A DNA stretch of 64,000 nt from Phallusia mammillata (lineage: Eukaryota). Made by a program: the position numbers and the translations under genes. Below the pieces are notes generated by a model. It was not told the origin of the DNA. It saw only the letters and a program-made list of their open reading frames with translations, and ran no database searches. Below, piece by piece: positions 1-12,413 of the stretch; within the stretch, counting starts at the first letter, position 1, and each line of letters opens with the position of its first letter. The DNA is taken from assembly GCA_965637545.1 (NCBI GenBank), contig OZ281498.1, positions 11,346,001 to 11,410,000 on the forward strand, read 5' to 3'.

Positions 1-164
1 TGCATTTTATCTATTTTCATTAAACATCCACTATTGCAAACCACATCTCCACCATTTTTGTTTTCTGCATTTGTATATTTTCCATTTGGTATGTATCACA
101 CTTACTAAAAAAATTATAAGCTAGACTCTGCTCTCAGTTCTCACCCAAGCTTTCATTACCACCC

Positions 165-1025
165 GAGGGCTGCCACTTTTGTTTGACTGAAATAATCTAA
201 TTTGACCTAAAAAAATATCTAGAATCATCTAGATCAGAGCTCTTCAATCGGGGTTCCGTACAACCCTTTCAGGGGTTCCATGAACTTTAAGGGTTGCACG
301 GGGAGTAGCAATTCGAACACGAATGATTCATAGACATTGTTTCGAACAGCAATGCTCGCCTGTGCAATATTGTTAACCTTTGTCACACCATTGATCAATT
401 GTGATGTAATAAATACCAGCTTGTTACACTCTAGCTAAGTTGCGAGATTAATGTAGAAACGACCGATCCAAATAACACGGCAATGCGTTTCAGTTAACCG
501 TTTAATTCAAGTCAACCTTTGTGATGTGCTTTGATGTGTATGCATCTTTTTTCTTTGATGTAGCCTACTTGTATTAGGCTACATTCATTAAAATTATTTT
601 ATGGGGGTTCCGCAAAGTTTGACAAAATACCTTAAGGGTTCCGCGTCACTAAAAAGGTTGAAGAGCACTGATTTAGATTGAAAAGCAAAACATCCAAAAA
701 TATATCTAAACATAAATTAATCCAATTTAATGCAATATACTAGCTAAACAACAACACATATAAAGGTTTGTTAATATAAATTGCCTATATTAGATGTTAA
801 AGAAGCTTACTTCTTTCTTATCATCATTCTACTTTTTCTGTTACAGTTATAACATTATAACGTTGAGGGTTTTGTGTTTATCTGGGTGATACGTTTGTGG
901 ACTTGTACTGTTCCCATGGTCTTTACAAACGTAAAAAAACTATCTAGATTTTATAGCCACCAATCCCATCATCTAGATCCAAAATTTCGCATCTAGTCTT
1001 AACCAAAAAAACTATCTAGAATCTA
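165..1025. mobile_element. Degenerate copy of the CAAGGCTGCCA-TIR MITE family, interrupted by the 235-670 MITE
   Basis: 165-234 plus 671-~1025 aligns in inverted orientation to 6833-7256 (shared GAAGCTTACTTCTT, CATCTAATAT, GTTTAGATATATTTTT, GGCTGCCAC); boundaries approximate. Confidence 0.65.
235..670. mobile_element. hAT-type MITE nested in an older MITE
   Basis: TIRs CAGAGCTCTTCAA / TTGAAGAGCACTG; 8-bp TSD ATCTAGAT (227-234) / ATTTAGAT (671-678); subterminal GGGTTCC motifs. Confidence 0.85.
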
Positions 1026-1080
1026 GCTTTAAAATCCGTCATGCACTTCGTCATGCAAGCATTGCAAGTCTGCATTTTAT

Positions 1081-1108
1081 CATAGATAACTTAATTAAGT
1101 TATCTATG
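1081..1108. mobile_element. 28-bp perfect palindrome with 7-bp TSD (P-element-like footprint or mini-element)
   Basis: CATAGATAACTTAATTAAGTTATCTATG flanked by ATTTTAT at 1074-1080 and 1109-1115. Confidence 0.7.
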
Positions 1109-1854
1109 ATTTTATGTTTACTTTGGTCATGCATGAATGCGCGATGATAATATAGTAATCCAGCTCCTCTTTCCCTCTCGTTTCTTTTATTATCCTTTGC
1201 TTTTTATCACCCTTTTATGTTCGAAAATATTTAAACTGAAGTATTGCATTTTAACAACTAATGGATTGGACAAATATAATGCTTCCATGTGTAAACAGAC
1301 AATTGATCTATCTCTATGGTCAAATGACCTTCCATGTGTTATTCGTGTGTAATGGACATGTGCACTGTACTGTGTCAATCTGGTTAAAATCAGACATTTG
1401 AGCTACTGACGTTTGATATGGTTCGGGGAAGGGCTGCCTCTGAAAGAGATGTACAAGTCTTGTACTACAAGAACGAAAATACGTTAGATTTGCTTGTGTT
1501 CGCGGCCCCACTGGTGGTTGTGCTAGTAGACAAATTCGAGCTAGTTACTGTTCGGGCTTTTCATTGTCCACGAGATACGGGCTTGCTGGGATGCCAAATG
1601 CAGTCAGTATACTGTAACTGAACGTCTGTATTCAGACGATATCCCTACTTTGTTTCGGTTCTTAGCCAGCTGTTTGTGTGAGAAGTGAGGACAGATTTGA
1701 TCTGTTTGCTCCAGATTGCATTTTTTCCTGTTTTATCACACAGTGTGTCTTTTTTGGTAAATACCGTTTCATTATTGAGCTGGTTTGTTGTGATGCAGAT
1801 ATGAGATACGTTTTAGTTATTTTAGGTTTTTAACGAGGTTCTGTTTTCACTACA

Positions 1855-2496
1855 ATGGAACCTGTGAGGGCCCACTATTGTGCCTTAAGGTATTTTCGCA
1901 ATGCAAAACTTGCTTGTAGTCATGAATGTTTTATTGAACAATGTCGGAAATTTTCTTCCAAAAGCTACACCGCCTTAACAAGAAGACAACTGAAGCAATA
2001 CTGTGATGTTTTGGGAGTATCTGTCACGGCTTCAGAACCCAAAATTAAACAAGCCTTTTACAGAAAGAGCTTACAGCTGCATCCAGACAGAAACAAAAGT
2101 GTTAATTCCCAACATGCATTTACGGAGATTTCAGAAGCTTATCAAGCTGTTATAACATACAAGCGAAGTGGTAATGAAGACTCTAAAAGCCAGCAGACAT
2201 GGAAGCGAACTACTGAAATGAATGGGTTCCGTCCTTGGGCTAAGGTTCCTGAAAAAAAGGGACCCCCACCACCTCCATTTGGAGCAGGTGGTGTAGAACT
2301 TGATAAACATGTAATAAGGCACCACACAGCTGATGAAGCTTCATTAAAAGTGGAAAGCAATGCTGGGGATTTTTGTAATGAATTTTATATTGAACAGATG
2401 GAAAGGGACTTTGAAAGATATCACATGGAAAAGTTAAAAAAGCAGAAGGAACTTAATGAGGAATCCACCAGTACTGGTGCATGTGTTATAATGTAA
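1855..2496 (+). CDS. Small J-domain (DnaJ/Hsp40 class C-like) protein with C-terminal CaaX box
   Basis: 213-aa single-exon ORF; J domain YCDVLGV...IKQAFYRKSLQLHPDRN...FTEISEAYQ with HPD motif; ends CVIM. Confidence 0.85.
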   Translation: MEPVRAHYCALRYFRNAKLACSHECFIEQCRKFSSKSYTALTRRQLKQYCDVLGVSVTASEPKIKQAFYRKSLQLHPDRNKSVNSQHAFTEISEAYQAVITYKRSGNEDSKSQQTWKRTTEMNGFRPWAKVPEKKGPPPPPFGAGGVELDKHVIRHHTADEASLKVESNAGDFCNEFYIEQMERDFERYHMEKLKKQKELNEESTSTGACVIM

Positions 2497-2564
2497 TGTT
2501 TTAAAATGTTTATTTATTTTATTGCTGTATTCGTAAAACATTTTATTTATTGAACATTTTAAAG

Positions 2565-2939
2565 CAGGGGTGTGCAACAGGCGGCCTTCTTCAGAGAGTT
2601 CAGCAAAATTTTCCACTAGATTTTAGTAAATCTCTTTAAGTTGCTATACCATACGAAACAAGTATAAGCTAAATCCAGCGTTTTCCAACTGGTGGGCCAT
2701 ACAGCAGTTTGCAAGTACTTCACCAAATGTTACATAATAATTCCCTTTGTCTAGTAAGCAATTATTTTGTTGTGAAACCCAGTGTTGCGGCGAAACTCTA
2801 TACATTTTGGAATATAAAATGTATTGATGCTTTGGAAGAATTTCAAATTTATTATGTGCATGAAATAAATTTTATGGCCCTCGCTTGATGTGCAAAATTG
2901 GTTATATGACCCACCGAGGAAAAATGTTGCACACCCCTG
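2565..2939. mobile_element. hAT-type MITE just downstream of the J-protein stop
   Basis: TIRs CAGGGGTGTGCAACA / TGTTGCACACCCCTG; 8-bp TSD TTTTAAAG / TTTTGAAG. Confidence 0.85.
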
Positions 2940-3805
2940 TTTTGAAGTCTAAGGCAATTTTAAATAGTATTTACTTGTTCTAGGAAAATGTGTTTTCTTT
3001 TGTTTTAAAAAAGTGAGTTTTAATTTATTTAGGTATTAGTGGCTTGCATTTGTTGTAAAACATTATTTGTTATCAAGTCACCTGATCTTTGTTTTTCGAG
3101 TGTCTCTCCTTTTAAAACAATTATTTGCAAATATATTTTTGTGTTTTTTTCAAAGCCAAACTTTACAAATAGGCAAGGAATCCAATATAAAACTAAAATG
3201 GTAGCTGTCCTATAGATTTGTTATTTTTGTCGTATTTAGACCAGATGTACATCTGTTCCCTAAATCTTATCCACAGAATTGTTTCTGCAAGCAGGGATTG
3301 ATGGCACATATACTAACATATTGCAGAGAATGGGCTCCACAGCAATATAGAATAGCCAGTCTGTTGTTTTTCTGTGCTTTATTGAAGGTGATTATGCAAT
3401 GAAGCAGATATGCTAAACAACACAAAAATATACAATGGGCATGACATAGTTCACACAACTATCCCGTGAATTAAAAGACATTACTGATGCACAAAAACTT
3501 TAGAGAAATATTTTTAAGCAGTCACATATTGCATTGAACATAATTTAAAAATCTAAGCATCTGCCTCACTGATTGTTCAAAACCTTGTACAATTTAAAGT
3601 CATTGCTGTTTGATATTTTTAAATGGGTAAATCTACTAATAAGAGAAATTAGTACACCAAACATATATAGTATAACACCAACTGACCAAGTTCCACAATT
3701 TGTAACTCTTGATACTTTACTTGATTTTATGACAGCTTCAGGGCAATCCGGAAAATCCTGCCATTATTTTTTTAAATATCCATCATTACCTTTGTGACAA
3801 ATCTT

Positions 3806-4747
3806 TCAAGACCATTTATAAGGGAGTTGTTGATTTCCAGATGAATAAGCATTTGGTGGAAATCGATTCTGTGTTGGGCCTGGAGAAAAGTGGCTAGGAT
3901 AGGGGTACATGTTTTGTTGAGAGTTAGGGATTCTGCCTGGAACAGGTGGTGGAGAGACAGTTGATGACACAGGAGGATTTCTTTGAACATCCAACACCAA
4001 CTCTCGCATTTTATCGGTTTTTATGCGGCGCATGTGTGCAAGTGTCCGTTTGGCCTTAAAAGTTGACATAAATTCTGCCAATTGAAGTTCACCCTCACAG
4101 AAGTCTTCTGCCAACTTCTAAAAGTAAAATCATTGTCAACAATATATTTGATTGTTAAATTCCATATGGTACCTCTGACTGTTCCTCGGTTTCAGCACAT
4201 GTGGTTTGTAAAACTGCCAGCATTGTTTCTAAATTAACATCTTTGTGCAAAGAATCTGGACAAACATTTTTGCTATTAATGTACTGAACTCTTTTGGGCC
4301 AAGCTTACAACAAGAGAAACAGTTTTGATCAAATAACTTGAAAACAACCTCTGCTTACCTAATTTAGCCTGGTTTGTGTTGAAATTATCATTCAGCTCCT
4401 TTAATTGTTCATATTTTAGTGCCAATTCCTCACGCAGTTCTTTTAATTTGGGTTCACGAGTAATGTTGTGGTCTGCTATGCTTCTATTTTCAGCTTGAAT
4501 CAATTCTCTGTCCAACTTAAGCTTTTTAATCTATTTAATAGAATACAAAAAGAAATCTGGAAAAATTCAACAGTCGAATTCAAAGCACCTTCTCATTGTC
4601 CATGACAATTTCATTTATTTTATCCTCATTGTCCATTAATTCCTGAAGTTCTTCCATAGATGCATCTTCTAAAAGTGTCGTAAAATCAATTTCATCTTTA
4701 GGTACATTTTGTCCAGGATTGGGGTATTGGTAACTCCACTGAGACAT
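3806..4747 (-). CDS. VPS37: ESCRT-I subunit VPS37 (Mod(r) domain, proline-rich tail)
   Basis: 4 exons (4747-4589, 4530-4359, 4255-4173, 4117-3806), all GT-AG and in frame; LEDASMEELQELMDNE, NRSIADHNITREPKL, EEQSEKLAEDFCEGE, FKAKRTLAHMRRIKTDKM; PPPVP-rich C-terminus. Confidence 0.9.
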
Positions 4748-5543
4748 GACTATTTGTTACTTTTAAATCAATGGCCAAGAAAGAAGCCACCCATGTATGT
4801 AACATGTAACAGTTTACCCCGTTAATACCTAAAGCTGTAAAATAATACAAAATATATGATTTAGGTGTTTATTGTTGACAGTCTATTTGTTACACAACAA
4901 GCAAATTTACAATCATAGAAAACAGACAGCTGTAGACGATGAGCGATGTGTTGTGGTAATTATTAGTGGAAGTGCATAACTGAAGCACATAACGCTGCAG
5001 ATGTGAAAGTGACTGTTGAAAACACAATTGCTTATTTACTTAATAGTATGCAGTACGGTACTCATACTCACTGACAAAGCCTGTTTGACTCAACTATTCT
5101 TGGTCACGTGAGGGTGAGTCGTCCTGTCCTGTGTCGTCACAAAGTACCAACCTATGATAGTCATGCCGATTTATAAAGTATCTTTTTAACTACGAACAGA
5201 ACAGGCAGCCCATTCCGTTTATGAAAAGTTTATTTGACAAAAAGAGAGGCGGGTCAAAGGCAAATTTTGTCAGTTTATCATCTTACCTTTTGAGAAAAAC
5301 TAAACACCCTTTACCTTTCGAGAAAAACTAAAAAATCAATTTGAACAAAAGTATTTTTTTTTTTATGTATTTATGTTTTATTAGGCGGATATCAATATAA
5401 TAGTATACAAACTGTAATTACGGTTTGCATTTGTCATTTCGTTTTGCAATTTGACATAGTGCCTGCTATTTTGTGGTCTAGTTTTTGTGTTTGGGGGAAA
5501 TTATTCTGCTATAATGGTTGATGGCAATCGACAACTTACCACC

Positions 5544-6711
5544 GTCATTTCGCCGAATTGAGAATCGAACTTTTTTGTGGGAAATTTTGCAATTAAACTG
5601 ATTACCACATACCAGTTTCAAATTTTATTTTTAGCTTAATACATAAATTATTATTTTTTGGGGGGTTACGTCATAACTCGGATACGTCACACACATAATG
5701 ACGTCACTATGGCATCATCATAGAATTCTGAAGGCCTTCAAAAAAACCTCATTTTGCGAAAAATTCATCGTAGCGAGCCCAAACTTTATTCATGACGTCA
5801 TCATGCCTTCTCATGACGTCCCAAAAAAATGACGACAATCGCTTTTCATTATCACATCATTTTTAAATCTCAAACAACGTTTAAGCCTGTGACGCGACCA
5901 ACCAGAACACAATCGTTGCGTCCCTGCCGTAAAACATACGGTAGGCTACCATTGAACACTCGTTTTGGATTTTTTTCCAATTATTTTCCTCGTTGTTGTT
6001 TTTTTAATTGTTTTTTTTTCCATAATTTCGTTGTTCGTCAAACTTTCGAAAAATGTCAACTGAGCTGGGGCCCTTTGAACAAATGGACCACTTTTAACCA
6101 CTGGGGGTAGGCTAGACTAGTGTTTTATAAAGTCGTTCGTCCGCTTTTTATTGCAGAAATGGATAGTACTCTGGTATATGTTTTTAAAACACTTGTTAAA
6201 CTTTTTCCTTCGGGGCCGGAACATAATTTCGTTGTTCGTCAAACTTTCGATAAACGTCAACTTTGATAGGCCCCCTTAAGCAAATTGGTCATGTTTAAAC
6301 GCTAGGGGTGGTACGTTGTAGACATATTCGTCCGATTTTTATTGCTGAATTAGATAGTAGGCTACCCCACTATATGTTCTCAAAACACTCGTCAAATGTT
6401 TTTCCCTCGGGGCCGGAACATAATTTCGTTGTTCGTCAAACTTGTCTAATTACGCTTGAGACATATTTGACCTTGATTTCACTTTTTCACTCATTTTTTG
6501 AAATTTTGGTCATAAATCAATAGTTTTCAGATGAATTATGCTTGAAACAGTGTTCGCTACTGACAATCACCAAAATTTGTAATGTGTATTGTCAGAATCG
6601 TTATTTTGCTTCAGTCACATGAGAATGGCAGAATCAATCCGTTATGTGGTAAACTGCGAAATAAAAAAAATTCGTCGATATCGTTTTTGAGTGTCATTTC
6701 GGCGAAATGAC
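5544..6711. mobile_element. Non-autonomous TIR element with internal ~200-bp tandem repeats
   Basis: Imperfect TIRs starting GTCATTTCGCCGAA at both ends; CATAATTTCGTTGTTCGTCAAACTT recurs at 6021, 6222 and 6419; no clear TSD. Confidence 0.55.
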
Positions 6712-6832
6712 ATTTGTGACAACTTCCTGCAATCAGAAAACCGAAGCATTTGCAACAATATTTGAGGTATAATGACAAGTTACAAGTTGATGTGGCATCT
6801 TCACAAGCAAGAAGCACACCTACACCAGCTAC

Positions 6833-7256
6833 CAAGGCTGCCATACGAGATATATGGAGCTATATCAAGATAGTTTTGGTTAAGCCTAGATGTAAAACTT
6901 GGGATCTAGATAATGGCTATATAATCTAGATGTTTTTTTAAGACCATAGGATTAGGAACAGTACAAGCTTACAAAGGTCCCACCCAGATAACCACAACAA
7001 TCAACATCAATTGCAAGTTGCAACAGAAAAAATAGAGTGATGATATAGGAAGAAGTAAGCTTCTTCGACATCTAATATGAGGCAATTTGTGTTAAAAACC
7101 TTCATATGTGTTATTGTTTGGGTAATATATCATATTAAATTGCTTTATGTTTAGATATATTTTTAGGTTTCATTTTTCAATTTAGATAATTCTAGATATT
7201 TTATGAGGTCAAACCAGATTACCAGATTTCATTCAAAGACATAGGTGGCAGCCTTG
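6833..7256. mobile_element. MITE (CAAGGCTGCCA TIR)
   Basis: TIRs CAAGGCTGCCA / TGGCAGCCTTG; second diverged copy at ~165-1025. Confidence 0.7.
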
Positions 7257-7837
7257 ATCTATACAAACAATTGTTTCTACTATTGTACTGAAGAGCCAAG
7301 TTTACTTCAAACTGTAATAATTTGCTGCTTTAACCTGCACAATTTTGTAAAGTTTTGGTATTTTATGTAATAACACTAACTCTATGCAAACTGGAGTTTG
7401 TTGTTTTGTAAACAATAAGTATTTGTTGGGTTTGGTTATGACTTCCTAAATTTTGTTTCTTAATAAATTATACAAAACAAACAAGTTTACAGGATTTGAC
7501 CCATTTTACAGAGTATTAATAGCTCTTAAGTTGCAAAAATAGACTTTAATTTACCAGCTAGCTTTGTTTTGCATGAATAGGTAGTACTATGCAAAAGCAG
7601 CACAGACAACAGTTAAAACGCAAACCTTTCAGTTCCTCAGGAAAAGAATTGTGAAAACTACTGTGGGTTAGGCTACAAGACGCGAAAATTCCGTTTACAG
7701 GAAATAACTGTAAATATAGCTATAGCTAATCCTGTTTGTATTAATATTGAGTGATTAAAAAAAAACTTAACTGGGATATACTTGCTTTTGTTACACTGGC
7801 TAATTTGCATTCTGTTTTAGATCTACTCGTTTTTATA

Positions 7838-8842
7838 ATGAAGATAAATGATAAACATCTTGCTAATTATGCATCAAGCAAAGAACTACCGGACAAAGAA
7901 GGTTGGCTATGGAAAAAAGGGGAAGTTAACACAAGTTATCAAAAGCGATGGTGTGTTTTAAGGGGAAATTTGTTTTTCTACTTTGAGAAAAGGTATGATG
8001 AACTTTCAGGTTTTGGTGTAACATTTTGCTAATTTATTCGTGTCAATTTATGTTTTTGCCAAGACAAGATAAGGAACCTATAGGTGTAATTGTCTTGGAG
8101 AACTGTTCAGTGCAATTAGCTGAGGGAGGAGATTCTCCATTCACATTTTCAATTCAGTTTGCTGGTGAAGGAACTCGGACATACAAATTAACTGCTGATG
8201 ATGATGACCAATGCATGTCCTGGGTTAAAGTGTTATCTTCATGCAGCTATAGGTGTGGAAAGCTATTTATTGTTTCTAAGCAAAATAAGTTGTGGTTATC
8301 TTGCTTGCAGATATTTGGAAATTTTAGTAGATGCATTACAAAGGGAGTTTGACACCTTAAACAGCAATCGTCACAATAACCTTGAAATTCAAGAGCCTTG
8401 GAATGCAAATTCTGCACTTCCTTTATCATTAACAGAAAACCATTTCTCTCAGCACAAGTCCAGTTCTGTCAATAATATAGCTAATATGGTTGATGATGAC
8501 AATGACAATTTTATGAGATTTGATGCCAGTAGCGAAGATTTATCCACAGTTTCCCCCAAACTTAATCGCTCACAATCTACAAATGAGTTGTCAACATCTT
8601 CTCTCAATGTGGGGCAGATGGACCAGTTAAAACCTGTCAACAAAGCAAAGAAACTGAAAAAACTAAGTCCCCACTTGGGTAGGAAAAAAGGAAACAAATA
8701 CAAAGAACGTTCTTCTCCATCACCAACACAGTCGAATCAGAATGGTGTGCTTGATGAAAATGAATATGTATTTATTGAAATGCACCAACAGCTATATAAA
8801 CAAATACAAGCGTTTGTTGCCAATGTTGAGTCAGCTGTATAG
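7838..8842 (+). CDS. PHETA: Sesquipedalian / PHETA (FAM109) PH-domain endocytic adaptor
   Basis: 3 exons (7838-7992, 8064-8252, 8311-8842); MKINDKHL start, PH domain DKEGWLWKKGEVNTSYQKRWCVLRGNLFFYFEKR-QDKEPIGVIVLENCSV; C-terminal F&H motif FIEMHQQLYKQI (OCRL-binding motif of this family). Confidence 0.9.
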
Positions 8843-9655
8843 TAAACGTACGATACTCTGTGCCTTAACCATCAACCTTCTGACTGCTGCTTAGTAAAGA
8901 AAATTCTGTTTGTTGTGTCTAAATGCACATTTATTTTGGCTCATGAAATGGGTATAAGTGAAAGTTCTAAACATAATAATATGCTTTACTATCACCGTCG
9001 ATCATAAAAAAGTATTACAATTGCAATTGAATATACCAGTTGGTGCCCTTTACTTATGTATAGCATTCCATGCAGATAAGCAAACAAATAGAAATGCTGT
9101 TTTTTCTTATACTTATATATCACTATGTTCTTCATTTTATGATTTTTTAAAATCAGTATGGCATTTCACCACACCATTATGGCATTATTTTTTCATTGAA
9201 TCAGTTTTGGTTTTATGGCAGTCCAAATTTTCTGAGATATTAGTTTTTTCTGCAAACTGTGGTGATTATGTTCAAAAAACCTCAAAAAACAACACTTCAA
9301 AAAAGTAAGCACTGTATTAAACTTTTACTTTGGTAAAACCTTCCATCAAAATATAAATCATTGGTGAATTAGCATATCATTGGTCTGTTTTTTTAACAAA
9401 ATTGTGTATGGCATTGTGTTTAACTGAGATGATAAAGTTGACAAACAGTTATGTCAGTTTTGCGGCGTGACAAAATCAACATGACTAAAGTTCACTTGCC
9501 TGTTGTATTAACTTGCTGACATTGCTAAATTACTAGATTTTTTTAATGTGTCATACATTATTTTTAGTTCTACTGTATTTCATTCATATGCATAACATCT
9601 TGTATTTTTTCAATAAAAAATCATATCTCTTACAGTTCTAAGGTTTGTTGGCAAT

Positions 9656-10934
9656 ATGACTGCTAAATGCAATTATTTCTGGAAAAGCCAGTCAGGAAAT
9701 GCTATTCAGTACATGAAATGTTTTAATGGCAAGTCATTAAAACTTGATGGTGGAAAAAAGCTCACTCAACTTTATGTGATAATTCCAGGCAATCCTGGGT
9801 GCATCCAGTTTTATGAAAAGTTTGCTGAGGAACTTTGTAACTTGACCAATAATCCTGTTTGGGGCATTTCTCATTCTGGTCATGCCAGATGTGGAAGTGG
9901 AATGAAGCATCCAGAAAAAACTGACTGCGGCTTGCAAAAGCAAATTGAACACAAAGTTCAGTTTCTTGAGGAGGATGTGTTTCCTGTTGCAGAAAAAGTC
10001 TTTCTAATTGGTCATTCTATTGGGACTTACATCATTTTGCAAATAATGGAAAGATTGTTTGGTAAATATAAAAATGAAGTGAGGGGTATTTTGCTTTTGC
10101 CAACCATTGAAAAGCTGCTTTTGTCACCGAATGGACAAAAGATTGTTTCACTTGTGCACAATGAAAGATGGTTGACACCTATTGTATCTGCCACTTTAAA
10201 TGTTTTGCATTTACTACCAAATGCTGTGTTGGACTGCATCTTGCCATTTTTTGTTGAGGTAAAGGAGTTTTATGTTTCCCACATAAAACAACTCTTTAAA
10301 TAGCTTTTATTTCATTTTGTTTTGAGAACTTTTATCTTGAAATGAGTGTTTTGTGTGATTGTGAAATTATATAGCTTCCTATTTTTGAACTTGTACGTTT
10401 GTTTTTGTTTGGCAGACTAAAGAGGAGTTTATTTTAAGCACCATCAAAGACAACATTTCCCCAGATGTTGTTATGTCAGCCATGTACATGGGATTAACAG
10501 AGATGCTTGAGGTGAATTGCTGCTTGACATTATCTTTTTTGTACAAAAGAGTTTCAGCTTGTAATGTAAGAATGTCTTGATTGAAAAATAAGTCCATATG
10601 TGATGATTCTAAATTGCAAAATTAAGTTTTTCCAAACACAGTTAGGGACTCAGTATAGGACTTCATAAAACTAGTTGTAAATTGCTTTGCCAAAACTAAC
10701 TTGTTACAGGTTACTGAAAGAGAAGACCACATTCTTGACAAGCATATTGACAACCTAGTGTTTTACTATGGAGCAACAGACAAATGGTGTCCAGTTTCAT
10801 TCTATGAATCTATGGTGAAAACACATGGGCAACGTAATAATATCATGTTGTGTCAACAGAACATCCCTCATGCTTTTGTACTGACTAAAAGCCTCGAGAT
10901 GGCTAAAATTGTGGCATCTTTTGAAATGAATTAA
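9656..10934 (+). CDS. LDAH: Lipid droplet-associated hydrolase (alpha/beta hydrolase)
   Basis: 3 exons (9656-10258, 10416-10511, 10710-10934); IPGNPG, SHSGH, nucleophile GHSIG, LLLPTIE, FYYGATDKWCP, PHAFVL. Confidence 0.9.
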
Positions 10935-12263
10935 ATCTTTTACATTAATTTACTGCATTTATTTTAGTGTTTCAATTTAAAGCCCAGATTATTTGATCCA
11001 TTCCAATGTCTAAATTTGTGTGTTGCAATATTTATTTTTATCTGTGCACTTGACAAACTGTAGGTAAAACTTGATTTTTAAGAGATACATTTTAGAAATA
11101 TGTGTGAAAATGTGCCATACAAAAGTGTCAAAAAATGTTGTTCAATTTATTATTAGTGGTTGGAACTATTATGTCATAGAACCTATTTTTAATGTGATTT
11201 AAAAAAAGTATGAATCAGATGCACTTATGATGACATGATGCAAATTGAAAAGTGACATTTTTGTTTGCCGAGCCAAATTTTCGAATGTGTTATATGTTCT
11301 ATAAGTAACTTTGTTGATATATTTATGCCAGAGTATTTATTAAAATAGATTCAATTTATTTCAATTATGACTGAATTTTTATAGGGTGTCCTTTTCCAGA
11401 TTTTTTTTACAGAACCATGTTAACAATAACATGCAACAGTACTTGTAAAATCCAAAATTTTAGGTATCAAATAAATGTGGCATCAGACACACTACAATGG
11501 TTAAGTTGATAATTATGGGTTCCCGTTACTCATATACATGATGCAGGAGTTTTGTACTACCATTTGATGCATTTTAAAGTTTTTTTTTAAATGGTTTTGT
11601 AACTCTTAGTTTAATTTACCCATTTTTCATCTTCAATATTCTTTTTTAGGTTTACCAGTCCTTCAGGTCAGAAATACAACTCTTAATGTGCTGAAATATT
11701 AAACAGTGTTTTATAATAGGCCTACCACATGTCCTCCTTTTAACAAAAAAGGACAGAAAATTTGAAAAAATGCCCGAATGTCCTCCTTTTTTGAATTTTC
11801 TAAATTTATTAAATATAGATATGACACTTATACCTTAAAAAACAGCAAAAAATATGTCTTCCAGTTTAACTTGTAAAGAAATATCGGCGGATTTTACATA
11901 GCAACTCTGTGACAAAATGAGTTGCAGAACGTAAAACTTCATCCAAACTATTCTAAATAAAACTGAGAAAGCGGTTTTGACTAAGTGGTCCAATTCGATT
12001 TTCTCTTCACCTGTCGTTGGTTGATTTTCGATTCCGAGGCGTTAAATTAACAACCAAAATTGGTTTTCTACACTTCTGTTTTTTGTTCCGCCCAATTTAG
12101 TGTCGTGGTGATTCTCGATTGATGCCTTTGTATGAAACGCATGTGTGAAATATAACGTCACCTGTTGCACTCAAGACTGGATAGTATTCAATACTCGTTG
12201 ATAGTTTTATAACTTGGTACGCATTTTTGCATTATCAGAACCTTTGCAACATTTAGGGTTTGT

Positions 12264-12413
12264 AGAGCTCTTCTGGCAAATGTTATTTTATTCAGACGTC
12301 ATGTACAGGTATTTTACCCCGATGAAGACAACCTGTATGGGACGTCGAAACAAAATTACATTTGCCAGAAGGGCTCTACAAACTTGATATTATGCCTGGC
12401 AGCAATTGCTTCT
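12264..12413 (+). mobile_element. Short inverted-repeat plus tail insertion (Penelope-like architecture, degenerate ribozyme core)
   Basis: Imperfect arms ~12258-12310 / 12331-12383; 30-nt unique tail 12384-12413; 13-bp TSD ATTTAGGGTTTGT at 12251-12263 and 12414-12426. Confidence 0.6.

Noticed and set aside
5960-6445. CRISPR-like repeated 25-mer
   Set aside because: Eukaryotic context; intervening sequences are homologous ~200-bp units, not unique spacers; no cas genes
11717-11830. TGTCCTCCTTTT repeats resembling a hAT end
   Set aside because: Could not find the matching second terminus or a TSD
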